Assembly: GCA_030390025.1 (NCBI GenBank)
Contig: CM059447.1
Span: 3,534,001 to 3,598,000 of the forward strand
Length of the DNA: 64,000 nucleotides
Source: Squalus acanthias
Taxonomy: Eukaryota
Reading direction: 5' to 3'
Positions 25,423-37,885 of this stretch are shown here, one piece after another; the first letter of the stretch is position 1, and the number at the start of each line of letters is the position of its first letter. The notes beneath the pieces were generated by a model. It was given only the letters and a program-made list of their open reading frames with translations, made no database searches and had not been told where the DNA came from. Position numbers and translations under genes: made by a program.

Positions 25423-27851
25423 GTGAGTACTTGATTAAATTCCAAGAATTATTACTGCAATGAAAAGTACACCAAAGATAATGTTGCCAAGTCAAATGTT
25501 TAGAAACAAAAATTGTTGTTATAATAAATGTTTAGAAAAATATGATTTGTCTCTCTTTGGAAAGAGAAAGTTTTTACATGCTGTTCGTGGTCTGACCAGT
25601 GTGAATTTGTGTCTACCTGATAGTACATGTCCTAGAAGAAGAAAAGCTTAAAAATCAGCCCCACAGTACCTTGAACAAGGCTGAATACCAGACACAACAT
25701 ACTGGGAATTATTACTTATAGCTGTCTTCATAACCATAGCAGTTTTGTTTTGAATAAATGTCTTCTCGTTATAGACCTGTAGATTTTTGATCACTCGGTT
25801 CCTTTCTTTTGGCTTGACCAATGCAACTTTATATCTGTCTGAAGGCTGTGATTTGAAATTGGGGGATGGGGGACGGACTGTAATACTTCTAGTGTTGGCA
25901 TGGATGATGTTGGGATCTTAGGCTAGATGTTATGGATTGAAACCCATGTCCTGCCGCACCATGGCACGTGAGTGTTGAAACTCCAATGCGCAAGGCTACC
26001 ATAGTAAACTGTAATGTTCTGGAGAATGAGATAAAGAAAATGTTGTGTACTTTAATGCACATATCAGATATAGACATTGTAAATAGGTTGAAAGAGGAGT
26101 GCTGTTAAAAAGAAATACTTCTTCCTATTATGTATCCAGCAAATTAATTAATTTCTACCACAACAGCATAATCTTGACTCAAAAAGGTTATTTGGTTATG
26201 CCAAAAAGAGCTTCTGTCCCATCAAAGATCAAGTGTTTATTCATCATTGGTTTAAAAACAGGAGAGATACTTGTGGAGCAAGGCCATTCGTCAAAATTTC
26301 TATGTGGGGTGGTGGAGGAAGAGAAGAAAAAAATGCTCTGCTTCCAATTGGTCTGTATTTAAAAAGTGGCATGATAGAGCAGTGCCTTGACGTTACCTGC
26401 ATGGATTCCAAGTGGAGGCCAGATGCATTGCTATATGAAAAGAAACTAAGGAGAATGTGCACCTGTCAGGATCTAGTTTCATAATGGTATTAGTGTAGGT
26501 CTGGGAAGGGTGGTTAAGGCAAGTGAACGTGGGTGATGAATCATTTGAGACAAATTCCACGAGTTTCTATACTTGCCACCTATAGTACAGTTTGCTGTCT
26601 GATTACTGCAATTTTGCATTAAGCATCCTGGAAGACAATGACAATGGTCGTTCCTGAGTGGACCTGAGGAACAAGAAATCACTTGCCTTGCCACAGCAAA
26701 TCACTTGCCCAAGGCATGGCACAAGAGGAGGAAAAATATCTTTTAAAAAAAACACGAGTCTTGTCTTGGCACAAAAAAAACCACTTTGACAATTGTATTA
26801 GCTGCCAAAAGTGCTGTGCAATGATCCTGGTGCTGAATCTCCGTGAAGTGCATCTAGTTTGCTTCTGGTTAGATGAAGTGTTGTTCTCCTGGACTACACG
26901 TGGTAGTTTTTCAATTGAGGATTAATCTGTAACATTTACAATTTATTAAACTCAAACTAAGGAATATGTATATGATGGTGTGAATACTTAATATTGTAGC
27001 AGTACTTCCTCTACAGAATTATTCTCCTTTATTGCTGCAGAATTTGTCCTTGGCACATGCTGAAATTATCAAATAATTACTTATGAAATACAACATTACT
27101 GTATTTTGAAATATTGCCACAGTCGAGATTTAAACTTTGATGATTTGGAGCGCCTTTGTTTTTAATATGTAATGTGAAGTTGTTAGACTTGATCATTTTT
27201 CAACAAAAAAAAATATCGGACTCTAGCTTAGGAATGATGGTGTGGATTTGTAAAAACATGCACAGTATTGTATGTGTCAAAATCCCTGGAAAACTGTATA
27301 TTTGCAGTCTGCCACACAAAGTTTTTGTATTAAAAGCAGACTGCGACTGACCTATGATACATGCAGTGTAACAGGAAATAGCTTACATGCCATGGATGAC
27401 AGATGGTGTCTCAATGGCAAAGTGCCAACTTGTTCATTTGATTGCTGTTTCAAGATTAAAAGAGATTAGGGCCGACATGCCTGCAGAATGGTCCTTGCTG
27501 ATAATTGTAGATAGTTGTACATATTTTGCTGTGGTTTTCTTTAAAAGTAAATGCAGAAATGTATGCATAACTATACACAGTTACATTGAATAAGGCGGCA
27601 GTATACAATGAAACCAGTAAGATTTGAAAAGGTCATAGTGTTGTACAGTAACGCAATTGGTCTTTGTGTTTGTATTAATCCACGGGGGGGAGAAGGAATA
27701 AATCAAGGTAATATAGTTTCTATTTCTACAAATAAGATGTACAGCCTTACAGTTTCCTGTATATCGTGGCTCACGCGATCCATGCCAGTAGGTTATCACG
27801 CTTGCTTGCAGGTAATTAATGTCTACATTTCCTTTGCAGTTTAGGAATATT

Positions 27852-28324
27852 GGCCCGTATTTTTCGATCGCAGGCCTCCCGCGTGGGCAGAGGCCTGCGA
27901 TCTGGAAAAATCTGCGCCCTTACCTGAGGGCTCCCGGAACGCACACGCTTCCGCACCTGGGCCTCACCAACCTTCAAGTGCGCAGGGCCCACGTATCCCA
28001 GGGGCGCATGTAATTTGCAGCGTCCCTGGGATCACGTGGGCCATGGGGAGCCAATCACCGAAGGGAATCTTCCTTCATACATTTGACAGGAAGACCTGTC
28101 AAATATATGAATGGAGATCAATGAAAAAACATAGTAAAACTTTAAATAAATTTTTTTTTAAATCACATTTTTAAAATGACTTAAAATTACAAGAGCATTC
28201 TTGACTGATCGAAAATGCCGGTTTTCAGCGCATACGCTATGCATGCCTGAAACCGGCATTTCCGATGTCCCTATGGGTGGGTACACCGCACGTACCCACC
28301 TGTAGGGATCGGAATATCTGGGCC
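27852..28324. mobile_element. PIF/Harbinger-type MITE with multiple internal hairpins
   Basis: Imperfect TIRs ggcccgtatttttcgatc / gatcggaatatctgggcc; 3-bp flanks att / act; CpG-rich relative to the surrounding intron. Confidence 0.65.
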
Positions 28325-28952
28325 ACTGGCTACAAGGTTGCTTATGGAATCAGAAATGGCAATCAGATAATTTTCACAAGCAAAACAACAGAACAATTAG
28401 CTACTATGTTCTGGAATTAATTTTACAATGTGTTTCAGGTGCAGTCAGAAGACACAAATCCCTAGAAAAATATATAGAATAACTTCTGGAAATATTGTAA
28501 ATGGTGAGAGTGATGTGGAGTTCGAGTGCTGCAGGTTCTTGAGATTGAATTACTGCCTCTGCTTGTTGACCACTACTTTATTCTTTATAATTTAAATGTT
28601 TTCATATTTTACCAAAATGTGGAGGCACATGGAACATGTTAAGGCCAGAATTATGTAGAATCATATGTTGATTTTAATGTAGTTGATATGGCATCATATA
28701 AATGAAAGTATTGTGTTATTTATAGTGTTTTACTGAGAAATAAAGAGTACTTTAAGTACATGATGGACAACAGAAACATTGTATTGCCCAATTTATTCCA
28801 CAAGTGTCTTTTCATAGCTCAAGTGATGTGATCGCTTGCCTCCATTGTGTGTTATGTCTCCAAATGGGGGGATAATTTTAAGACGAGAATCATGTTTCAG
28901 CCACTTATTCATTTAGTTATTTGCAGTAGTGGAATGTGGAATAGATCCCAAC

Positions 28953-29207
28953 ACAACAACAACTTGTATTTATATAGTGCCTTTAATGTAATAAAACGTC
29001 CCAAGGCGCTACACAGGAGCGTTATCAATCAAAAATTGACACCGAGCCAAAGAAAGAGATATTGGGACAGATGACCAAAAGCTTGGTTGAAGAGGTAGGT
29101 TTTAAGGAGAGTCTTAAAGGAGGAAAGAGAAGCAGAGAGATTTAGGGAGGGAATTTCAGAGCTTAGGACCTAGGCAGCTGAAGGCACAACCGCCAGTAGT
29201 GGAGCAT
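28953..29207 (-). mobile_element. L2 LINE 3' end
   Basis: acaacaacaacttgtatttatatagtgcctttaatgta...gaggtaggttttaaggag...ggcagctgaaggcac. Confidence 0.85.
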
Positions 29208-29290
29208 CTAAAAAAGTTAATGCTTTCTAAATTAACTCCTGAAAAAAATATTTGATTGGAAAATGGAATCCAAAGTTATAGGGATAAGTA

Positions 29291-30562
29291 TGTAGGGGGT
29301 GGTGGTTTGTGTCAGCTTCACCTCTGACTTCCGAGCAGGTTCGAATCGCTCCCACTCCCTTGGTTCTAGACCGTGGACTTATTTGGGGGTTGTGATAAAA
29401 AGTGCAGCAGACAACTGGTTTTGATGCAAGAACTTTGATCTTTATTTAAGAAAATAAAACACAACACAAACACTCTTAACACTCAAAGTGGGGAACACTT
29501 CGGTACAAACGAGGGAAATAACATTAGAAGAATACTTCACCCCTCCCAATCCCACTTCTCTAGCTAGGTTGGGCTCTGGAGAACCAGGGATAATGCTCAT
29601 CAAACAAATCCTTGACAGTTGAGAGTTAGGGTTTAGAGTCTTTTGAGTAAAAGTTTCGTAAGGCCCTTGTTGCCGCGAGGTGTCCGATGATCACTGAGGC
29701 AGGTCGCTCTGGTTTCTTCTTGCATGTCGGCCTGCTTCTGGAGCTGCTGGCCTCTTTGTTGAACTTTTATCTGTTGCCCCCTCGCCTTGTTGAACTGTCT
29801 TCAGAGCTGTGGAACTGCCTTCTTGCAGAACTGTGGAACTGCCTTCTGCTGGACTGCTTGCTGAATTCCTTGCTGCTGTGTAACTGTTGAACTGCTTGTC
29901 TCCTTGAACTGCCGTGTAACTCTACTGGAGAACTCGAACTTGAGAACTTGTTGTAACTGCTGAACTGACTTCTTGCATTGTAAGATTTTGGAGGGCTCGT
30001 TAACAGTAACTGGTTTGTAAATGTGTGAAGTGGTTTTGGGATAGCTTGCATCCTGTCGATCTCCTTGGTTGATTACAGGTGATTGTTTTTGTGTTTGGTT
30101 TTCTATGGAATGGACCTAAGTGGTTTGTATTCTGCATGGTTTTGATGGGTCCTGTGATAGGTTTTGATGGGGCCTGTGTTTTGGGTGGGACTGCCTTCTC
30201 CCAGGGTCTATTGTCAAAATGTTCATATCTGCTGGGGTTTTGAGTGACATCATGACGGTTCCCCAGACAGTGTAATTAACTGCAATAGCCAAACTGCTTT
30301 TACAGAGGTAAATCCCACCTTCCTTCACAGCCTTTACTCCCTTACAAGTCCAGACATGTTTTTAAAATCCCAAATCTTGGTTTTTGCTCAAAGTCCTTCG
30401 GTTAGGCCCAATGCACTTCACCATCCTGTAATAGCTAGGAAAGAGTCCAAAGTCTTTTTTCCCGAGGGGTTTTCTTAGAGTTTAGGGGGATCTGTGAATT
30501 TTGAGAATCTTACTCCAAGGGACATTAATTCCTGGGTCAGGGCTGTGGGGCATTTTTCTACA
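29291..30562 (-). mobile_element. Probable solo LTR (Gypsy/ERV type)
   Basis: Bounded by TGTAG...CTACA; minus-strand AATAAA about 150 nt from the 3' end; internal degenerate tandem repeats; no clean TSD (agta / atga). Confidence 0.5.
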
Positions 30563-30679
30563 ATGAGCAGCAAGCCAGGTTTGCTTAATGGTGATGGATA
30601 TATACTCTAGAGTGAGGTGGAGCCCATGATAGAAATACATTTTGAATTAATATCATGTTTCTCAGAGACCTCTCGCAAA

Positions 30680-30935
30680 GTGAGCTTCTTTGAAATGCAG
30701 CAACTGTTATGTAGGTAAACGTGCCAGCTCTTTTGCGTACAGAAAGATCCCACAAATAACTGAGCTAAATGGCAATCTATTTTTGGTGATGCTGCATTGA
30801 GGCATTGTGTTTGGCTCGGACATTGTGAAAACTCTCTTCAAATAATGCTATGGAATCTTTAATGTCCATTTTCAACCACTACAATAGACACACTGGGGCA
30901 TTGGCTTAACATCACACGAGAAGGATGGCCACTCC
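30680..30935 (-). mobile_element. Deu-domain SINE, degenerate
   Basis: agatcccacaaa...tatttttggtgatg...ctcttcaaataatgctatggaatcttt...ggcttaacatc. Confidence 0.55.
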
Positions 30936-31599
30936 TTCCGTTCCTGCTATTCTGTTTCTGAGTCATGTTATGTGGAAAAGATAATGCTCCTGATGGTGAA
31001 GGAAGACTGGATGCCAAACAAAGAACATTCACATTTTTACAGAGGGTGTAAGACAGTTCCTGCAGTATGAAATAAAAAGCAGCGGCCAGGGATTTGATAT
31101 CTACCCACCTCAAACAGAATGAAAACAGAAAGTTAATTGTCTCTGAGTTAGTACCGCACTAGAGCGGCAACCTAGATAAGGTAAATTTTACATACTATGT
31201 AAAAGGATTAGCTTAATATGCAAAATAGCGATTTTTCTCATTCCATGCTCCTTTTAGCTGAGACTTAAACCAAAGACTAATATTTTTCAGTGTGTGCCAA
31301 GCTCACTGCCAGCTGCAGTAGTGAAGAAAATATTGTCCTTGCGGTTTAAGTTCTGTATTGCCGGACATTAGCATGAAACTGCTGTCTTACAGTGGCCAAA
31401 AAGAAATGTTACAAGGTTGGGAAGGAAATGGCAGTTCAGTTTTACAGTGTAATGAGTTTTTGCATTGTACTGGAATGTGCTAACTTTAAAAAAAAAAAAA
31501 AAAAGTTTTAAGCAAATTCTTGAAATGGCATATGTGAATTGAATCATTCCTCAGCAATGATGGTCAGTTCTGGGTGTCTTTAACATGATGGTTTATCGG

Positions 31600-31910
31600 C
31601 ACTTGTCTAAGAGCTGCTGTTGTGTCTGTCGCTCTGTGTCGATAGGCTATTCTATTGTGATGTGCGTCAAAACCAAGCCTGATCCTGTCCTTGCCCATTG
31701 TACACGTGTGCACTTGCAACATGGGTTGCAGGATTGTGATCAAAAGCATGATTTCCCCTCCCGAACCCAGGGGGTGCTGAAGGCAGTTGTAGCACTCCTG
31801 TCATGCAGTGGTTGAGATCTGCTAACTTGGCACAGAACTTGGATTGAACTTTGGCCTTCCTCATGAGTTCAACAGCTGCTTACTGGATAAACTGGCTGAG
31901 CCATCAGGGC
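31600..31910 (-). mobile_element. AmnSINE2-like SINE
   Basis: aagcctgatcctgtccttgccc...ggtgctgaaggcagttgtagcac...gagatctgctaact...tgagccatc. Confidence 0.6.
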
Positions 31911-33299
31911 ATCAAGTGCAGTGCAATTAACTGACTGCACAACTTGCCACCTGCTCTTTATTTTATTTGGGGTGGAGTAGCACTTTGAACAACTGATAAA
32001 CCATGCCATTCAGTAGTGGGACACTGAGTTTCTGTTCTCTGTTGTGTAAGGTGCTGATTTCTTCGTGCAGGTGCACTCGCACATCACTTGTAGCATTAGC
32101 ACCTAACCCCTCGGCTGCAGTTCATGCATGGCTCGCACTGATCTTGGGCGGGGTCATGAATGGGAGTGAAGAAATGGAAGGGATTTACCCCAAAAATAGT
32201 TATAAAAGTTCAGTCATTTTAGTATAAAGGCCCTTTGACTTTTTTTAAAGTAGCACTTATAGCCAGTGTTTGTAGTTCAAAACTCAACTGAGTCTTAAAC
32301 TGCTCATCATAAACTTGGGGTTAACGATGCCTCAGTTGCACTGCATATACTGTACAGTGACTTCCGTAGTGCGTGCCTTGCTATGCACACACAAAGTTAC
32401 AAGATAAGAATTTTATTTGAGAGGTTGCTGTCTGGTACTAAAAGTAGTCCAGGGATTTCAGTGCTTGCCAGGTGCCCTACCCAGTTTTTTTTGTTCTCGT
32501 GATTTATTCTAACAGGTTCTTTTTTAAGGTTATTAGTTCTTAACAAGGAACAGGGTTTCCACATATTCAAAGTTACCATTCTGGAGTGTGTCCAAAGAGA
32601 AAGCATCACACACCCGATACTGAGCATTTTCCTCCATGAGACATCTATTGTGTATTTCCCTCGTGGTCTGACGTTGCCCTGTGGTAACCTTTAGGAAGAG
32701 GCTCCGCCACAGGCGACACAGAGCTTGGCCCTCAAGACTCCAGCGTCCGCCAATTAAAGAAAAAGTGAATTTAGTTAATCATGAGAATCGTGCATATTTA
32801 AAAGAATGTGCTAATCATGGAACAGTATAGCATTTAGATCTATTTATATTAATGGTGATAATATGAAAACTTGAATAATATTTATGGCTATTTTTCCCCC
32901 TCAGAATAAGAATGACTTCCGCTTCAAAGAACACATTTGCTTTGACTTCAGTTAAGCACCAGCTAAGGGATATGTCAACATATTGTATTGTAATATGTAT
33001 TGTATTATAATACGTATTACAAAGCAAAACTTCTCCAGGCTGTACTTGGGTATTCTTAGGGAATATGCTGTCATCTGATTTGGGAATTGTTTTGACATCA
33101 TGATGAAATAAAATTATTCTTGTCTTAATATATTTAGATACTGAAAGTATATAGGCAGACGCAGTTAGATTTGATTCTAACAAATAGTTGCAACAATTTG
33201 ATTTTTAGTAAAAAGCACCAGGGAGAATGGGGACCAGGTAGTGCACTGTCCACTGGGACCGAACATCGCCAACTTCTTTCCTGCCCTGCTCACACCACT

Positions 33300-33945
33300 C
33301 ACCACTTAACCTTGGAATCTGCCAGTGGATACACAATCGCCACTCCTTTTCACATTTCCCTCCAGAATGTACATTCACTCAAACAAGGCTTTGCCACCCA
33401 TGATCTTGTTGTGGATGATTGCATTGACATCCTAGCTTTGACTGAAACTTAGTTCATGGGTGGCGACACCTTGATCTCTTCCCTATCTCTTCTGATACCT
33501 TCTCCTTCAAGCACTTAATCTTGTTCCACCCTTCCTCCCTCTCCTTTAAAATCATCTTTGTCTACTGCCCCCAAGCCCACTCAGAGTTTCTCACCAAGAT
33601 ATCCTCTCTTTCTTCCTGTCTGCATTGTGACGACTCATCATTAGTGATTTCAGTCTTTATTTAAGCACACTCTACCCTCTCTCCTCTAAATTCACTGCCC
33701 TCCCTGACACTCTTCCTCCATATAAACTCGTATTCATGGCCACCCCTTGACCTTCCTGTAGCCTCTCTACTCTCTCGGTCTCTGATCACAGGCAAGGTAA
33801 TTTTTGAATACTTCCTTGTATTTCTCTCTACCCGTATTCCTTTAACCACTTCCTTCTGCTTCCACCCCGGGAAAGAACTCTTTGTCCAAGTCACTTAGAG
33901 CTGCACTTTCAAACTCCAAACTGCCTAGCCTCTAGCCCTTCATTC
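33300..33945 (+). mobile_element. L2 LINE endonuclease-region fragment
   Basis: ORF 33171..33452 ends in HISLQNVHSL...VVDDCIDILALTET (APE endonuclease motif). Confidence 0.7.
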
Positions 33946-33949
33946 ACTA

Positions 33950-34600
33950 TGGTACTAACACCACTGTCGATCTGCTCCACCATTCCCTCACTCTCCTGGG
34001 GAACACCACTAGTCACATCCTGCCAATTGAAGTACATAACCATTATCCCTACTCTCTGTCTCCAGCCTCCTAACCAGTTCCCTACCCATGTCAAAAGGTT
34101 GCCTCCAATTCCATACGCTTTCATTTTTCCTAATGGTCGCTTATGTGGAACCTTGTCGAATGTCTTATGGAAGTCCATACAAGTAACATCCATAGTCACC
34201 CCCTTATTTACCATGTAGTGACACCTTCAAAAAATTCAATTATGTTAGTTAGACATGACTTGCCTTTATATAAATCCATTCTGGCTCTCTCTGATCAGTT
34301 CATTTTTGTCCAAGTGCTCAGTCACTCTGACCTTAATAACAGATTCTAGTAACTTCCCCACAACAGACTAATAGGTCTATAATTTCCTGTTTTTTCTCTC
34401 CCACCCATCTCAAATAATGGGATGACAATTGGCAATTTTCCAATCCAAGAGGACAATTCCTAAATCAAGAGTTTTGGAATAACATGACTAAAGCATCTAC
34501 AATTTCCTCACTTACTACTTTTAATTCTTTTGGGTGGAAACCATCACGTCCTGGAGACTTGTTTATCTTCAGTCTCATTATTATCTCCATTACCATTTTT
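33950..34600 (-). mobile_element. CR1 LINE RT fragment
   Basis: ORF 33909..34214: MDFHKTFDKVPHKR...YGIGGNLLTWVGNWL...VTSGVPQ. Confidence 0.85.
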
Positions 34601-34624
34601 ATTTAAACTTCTTATTTTGTTACT

Positions 34625-35040
34625 TATCACCCTTGTCCTCGCTGACCTATATTGGTTCCCACTTCCCAATGGCTCAAATTTTCATCCTTATGTTTAAATT
34701 GTTTAATAGCATTCATTATTCCAATCTATGTAACTTCTTCAGTCATACCTGCACGCACGCACACAAACAAATGCTCTGTTCCTCTGACTCTAGCCTTTTC
34801 TTCATTAGCCCTTCGCCTTACCATTGGCAGCTATGCCTTCAAGCGCCTGGGCTCCACGGTCTGGAATTCCCTAAACCCTTCCACTTCTCTCTCCTTCTTG
34901 AAGACACTTCTGAAAAGCCACCTCTGACCACCCCTCCTAATATCACTTTCTTTGGCTCACCATCCATTTTTTTCCTGATTTAGCTTCTGTGAAGCACTTT
35001 GGGGCATTTTTCTACATTAAAGACACTGTATGGATGTATG
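34625..35040 (+). mobile_element. L2 LINE 3' end
   Basis: LTIGSYAFKRLGSTVWNSL...FLKTLLKSHL; tail ctgtgaagcactttgggg...tacattaaag. Confidence 0.75.
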
Positions 35041-36225
35041 TTAATATTATTTATTATTACAATTTTCACCATTGAAGTACAAATAGCCCAGACTGATGGA
35101 TGGAATTCTGCTCTGTCTGCTGGCTGTATGGGAAATGAGTTGGCAGCTGCAACCCAGTTCTGGCTTGACATGGACTGCATTACATAAGTGGTTTCTAATT
35201 TGGTACTAAATTGGCATAGAAAAATCTCATATTGATGCCATAGAGGGTGCTCTTCTATAATTTAGACCTAGGCATATTGTTGGGGCAGAATGGAGGGAGG
35301 AAGTTTTATTCTGCATCTAATCATGCTATACCTAGCCTGAGAGTACCCGATGCTCACAAGAAATCAAAACTTCCCAAGTTAAGCTTTCTATTTGCTAGAG
35401 GAGTACAAACTTCAAAAACACAACTGTGATTAAAAACAAGGTGCATTTCCAGGTGTTGGTAATTAAGTTTGACTGTAGTATGATGTTTGGATGTGTTGCA
35501 GCTGAATCTCTAATTGCTAGTGATTTATTCCAGCAGCATATTGAGCTGTAAGTGTATTTTTACTATGCAAAGGAGCTGTTTGGTTTTCTTGTACATTCTG
35601 ATTAAAGTAGATTACAGCAGCAGGGTTCTGTACTTTCAAGCACAATAATGAGATCTAAGCTAATTAAAAATGAAAGGTGCAGAAAGATTAATGGTTTGGT
35701 AGAAATGAGCTCTGGTTTGTTTTAATAGGCAGTTGTCATATTTCTAATAGGTGCAGTAATTAGTGTCTTGTCACTGTGTTCATACTGATTGCATGCTACA
35801 TTGTGCAAAAGTAAGGTTCCTCTGCTGATACTGAGCTTAATTCACCATCTTGTAATCCTCCGAATGGAACTTTATTTAAATTATATAACTTGAATTGCTT
35901 TTGCACATTGTATTTGTTCCTCTAAAATATAAAGCAGAGCCATACCTATAGTATGAATAGCAAGGATTACGCTTCATAGACATTGTTCTTCCTCTTAACC
36001 CCCAATGTTATGACTACCCAGCCTCCTATTTGGCATTTCCTAGGTCTTTTGTTCCATAAAGCATTAGAGCGCTAGACTGGAGTGATTTGAATTGATTTGT
36101 TCTCTGCCAGACAGGAGATGTTATTCTGTGGCACAGTGCATTAGTGAAGCTAGTATTCTGGACTACCTGCTCACCGAAGATATAGACAGTCTGATACACT
36201 GGCGTGAGAGACCTGAGTTTCTACT

Positions 36226-36276
36226 GTTGCTAATGTAACCTGGTTGCTAATGTAACCTGGTTGCTTATGTCACCTT
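36226..36276 (+). repeat. 17-bp tandem repeat x3 (gttgctaatgtaacctg)
   Basis: Two exact copies and one degenerate copy read directly from the sequence. Confidence 0.9.
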
Positions 36277-36999
36277 GCACATAATGGTTACCACCATGGT
36301 TCTGAGCAGCTCTGACTCCTTATCTCTTCTCCTTACCCATTTCCTGGCCCTTTGCCACCAAAATGAGTCTCCTTATCAGCCCAACCCTCTGTGACTAAAT
36401 GTTCCATGGCCCTCTGGTCTGTAGCCATCAGCGTGGCTATTTCTCTGCTAAATTCCTCTTCCTGGACTCTTGTCTTTTATTAAATTGCTTCACAGATTCC
36501 CTCTGCATCAACCTGGAATTCTTTGGTGTGCCCACCATGGCACACACCAGTATAGTCCGCTTGCCTGTCTCATTTCTCTCTCCTTGTACCTTCCTCGCCT
36601 TCCATGTGCCTCTGTGGCTAATCTTGGAAACCTCCTCCCCATCTCAATCTCTATTTTTGCTTGTACTATTTTGGATCCCCATCCCTGTGAGTCTCCCTTT
36701 GTCTTTCCCTGACCCCAAAAAACCTTCCCCTCTTTATTGCACTCCAAAACTTTATGCTCTCATGAACAAACCCCCCCCCAGCCCCATTCTTCAGCTCATT
36801 TGTAGAAACAAATTGAAATTGTGGGTTTTACTGAAACCTGGCTTTCCACTGGTGGATCCTTCCCTCTCACCAAAGTCAGCCTGCCTGACTTCACATTCCA
36901 CCACATCCACTGCCAAACCAAATGCTGGAAACAAAACTTGTAAAATATGCAAGCTGAATTTTCCTAGGGTACGGCAGTCGTTATGTATCTCACTCCAGT

Positions 37000-37230
37000 A
37001 ACTATTCTTCCTGTATGAACCTGGAGAATGAAGTGTTGGTGGGCTGCTCGACTGTGTAGGACATCAGGAGAGACCTAGCCTTTTTTCCTCTTAACATTTG
37101 CACATGTACACTTTGTAGCAGAGGTCACCGAGTGCAGGAACCTTGGCCAAATCTTCCCTCCCCTAACCCCACGAGCGCGGAGGCCAGTTGCAGCACCCCA
37201 AATACTGCCTTGTTTGTGATTGGATGCACA
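37000..37230 (-). mobile_element. AmnSINE2-like SINE, degenerate
   Basis: tgtatgaacctgga...agcagaggtcaccg...ggaggccagttgcagcacccc. Confidence 0.5.
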
Positions 37231-37337
37231 GAGATTTAATAGCGTGCTTGTCAACTAACGAGAGAAAGTTTGGAATCGCCATTATTATTACTTTCTGCTC
37301 TGTGGCTCCAGAATACTGTGTAAACATGACATAGATC

Positions 37338-37885
37338 TAACAACAACTTGCATTTATATAGTGCCTTTAACGTAGTAAAATATCCCAAGGTGCTCACAGG
37401 ACCGTTTATCGAACAAAATTTGATACCGAGCCAAATAAGGAGATATTGACAGATGACCAAAAGCTTGGTCAAAGAGGTAGGTTTTAAGGAGCTTCTTGTA
37501 GGAGGGGAGAGAGAGGCGGAGAGGTTTAGGGAGGGAATTCCAGAGTTTAGGGCCTCGGCAGCTGAAGGCACAGCCGCCAATGGTGGAGCAATGAAAATCG
37601 AGGATGCGCAAGAGGCCAGAATTGGAGGAGCGCAGAGATCTTGGAGGGTTGTAGGGCTGAAGGAGATTACAGAGATAAGGAGGGGCAAGGCCCGGAGGGA
37701 TTTAAAAACAAGAATGAGAATTTTGAAATTGCGGTGTTGCCGGACCGTGAGCCAATGCAGGTCAGCGAGCACAGGGGTGATGAGCGAACGGGACTTCGTG
37801 CAAGTTACATGAGCTCAAGTTTATGGAGGGTGCAAGGTGGAAGGTCGTCCAGGGGAGCATTGGAATAGTCAAATCTAGGGGTAAA
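37338..37885 (-). mobile_element. L2 LINE 3' end, well preserved
   Basis: LADLHWLTVRQHRNFKILILVFKSL / TIGGCAFSCRGPKLWNSLPKPLRLS...KKLLKTYLFDQAF; (caa)n tail. Confidence 0.9.

Noticed and set aside
29687-30051. Leu-rich and Ser/Arg-rich ORFs; CRISPR-like or coding repeat array
   Set aside because: Products of a degenerate tandem array inside the candidate LTR; no constant repeat with unique spacers and no cas genes.
33300-35040. One full L2 with a simple nested CR1
   Set aside because: Most of the L2 RT region is missing between the two L2 parts and no TSD is visible, so nesting cannot be told from deletion or independent fragments.
36399-37001. Longest ORF (200 aa) as a novel gene
   Set aside because: Low-complexity L/S/P/F-rich translation over pyrimidine-rich, decayed L2-like sequence; no domain or splice support.
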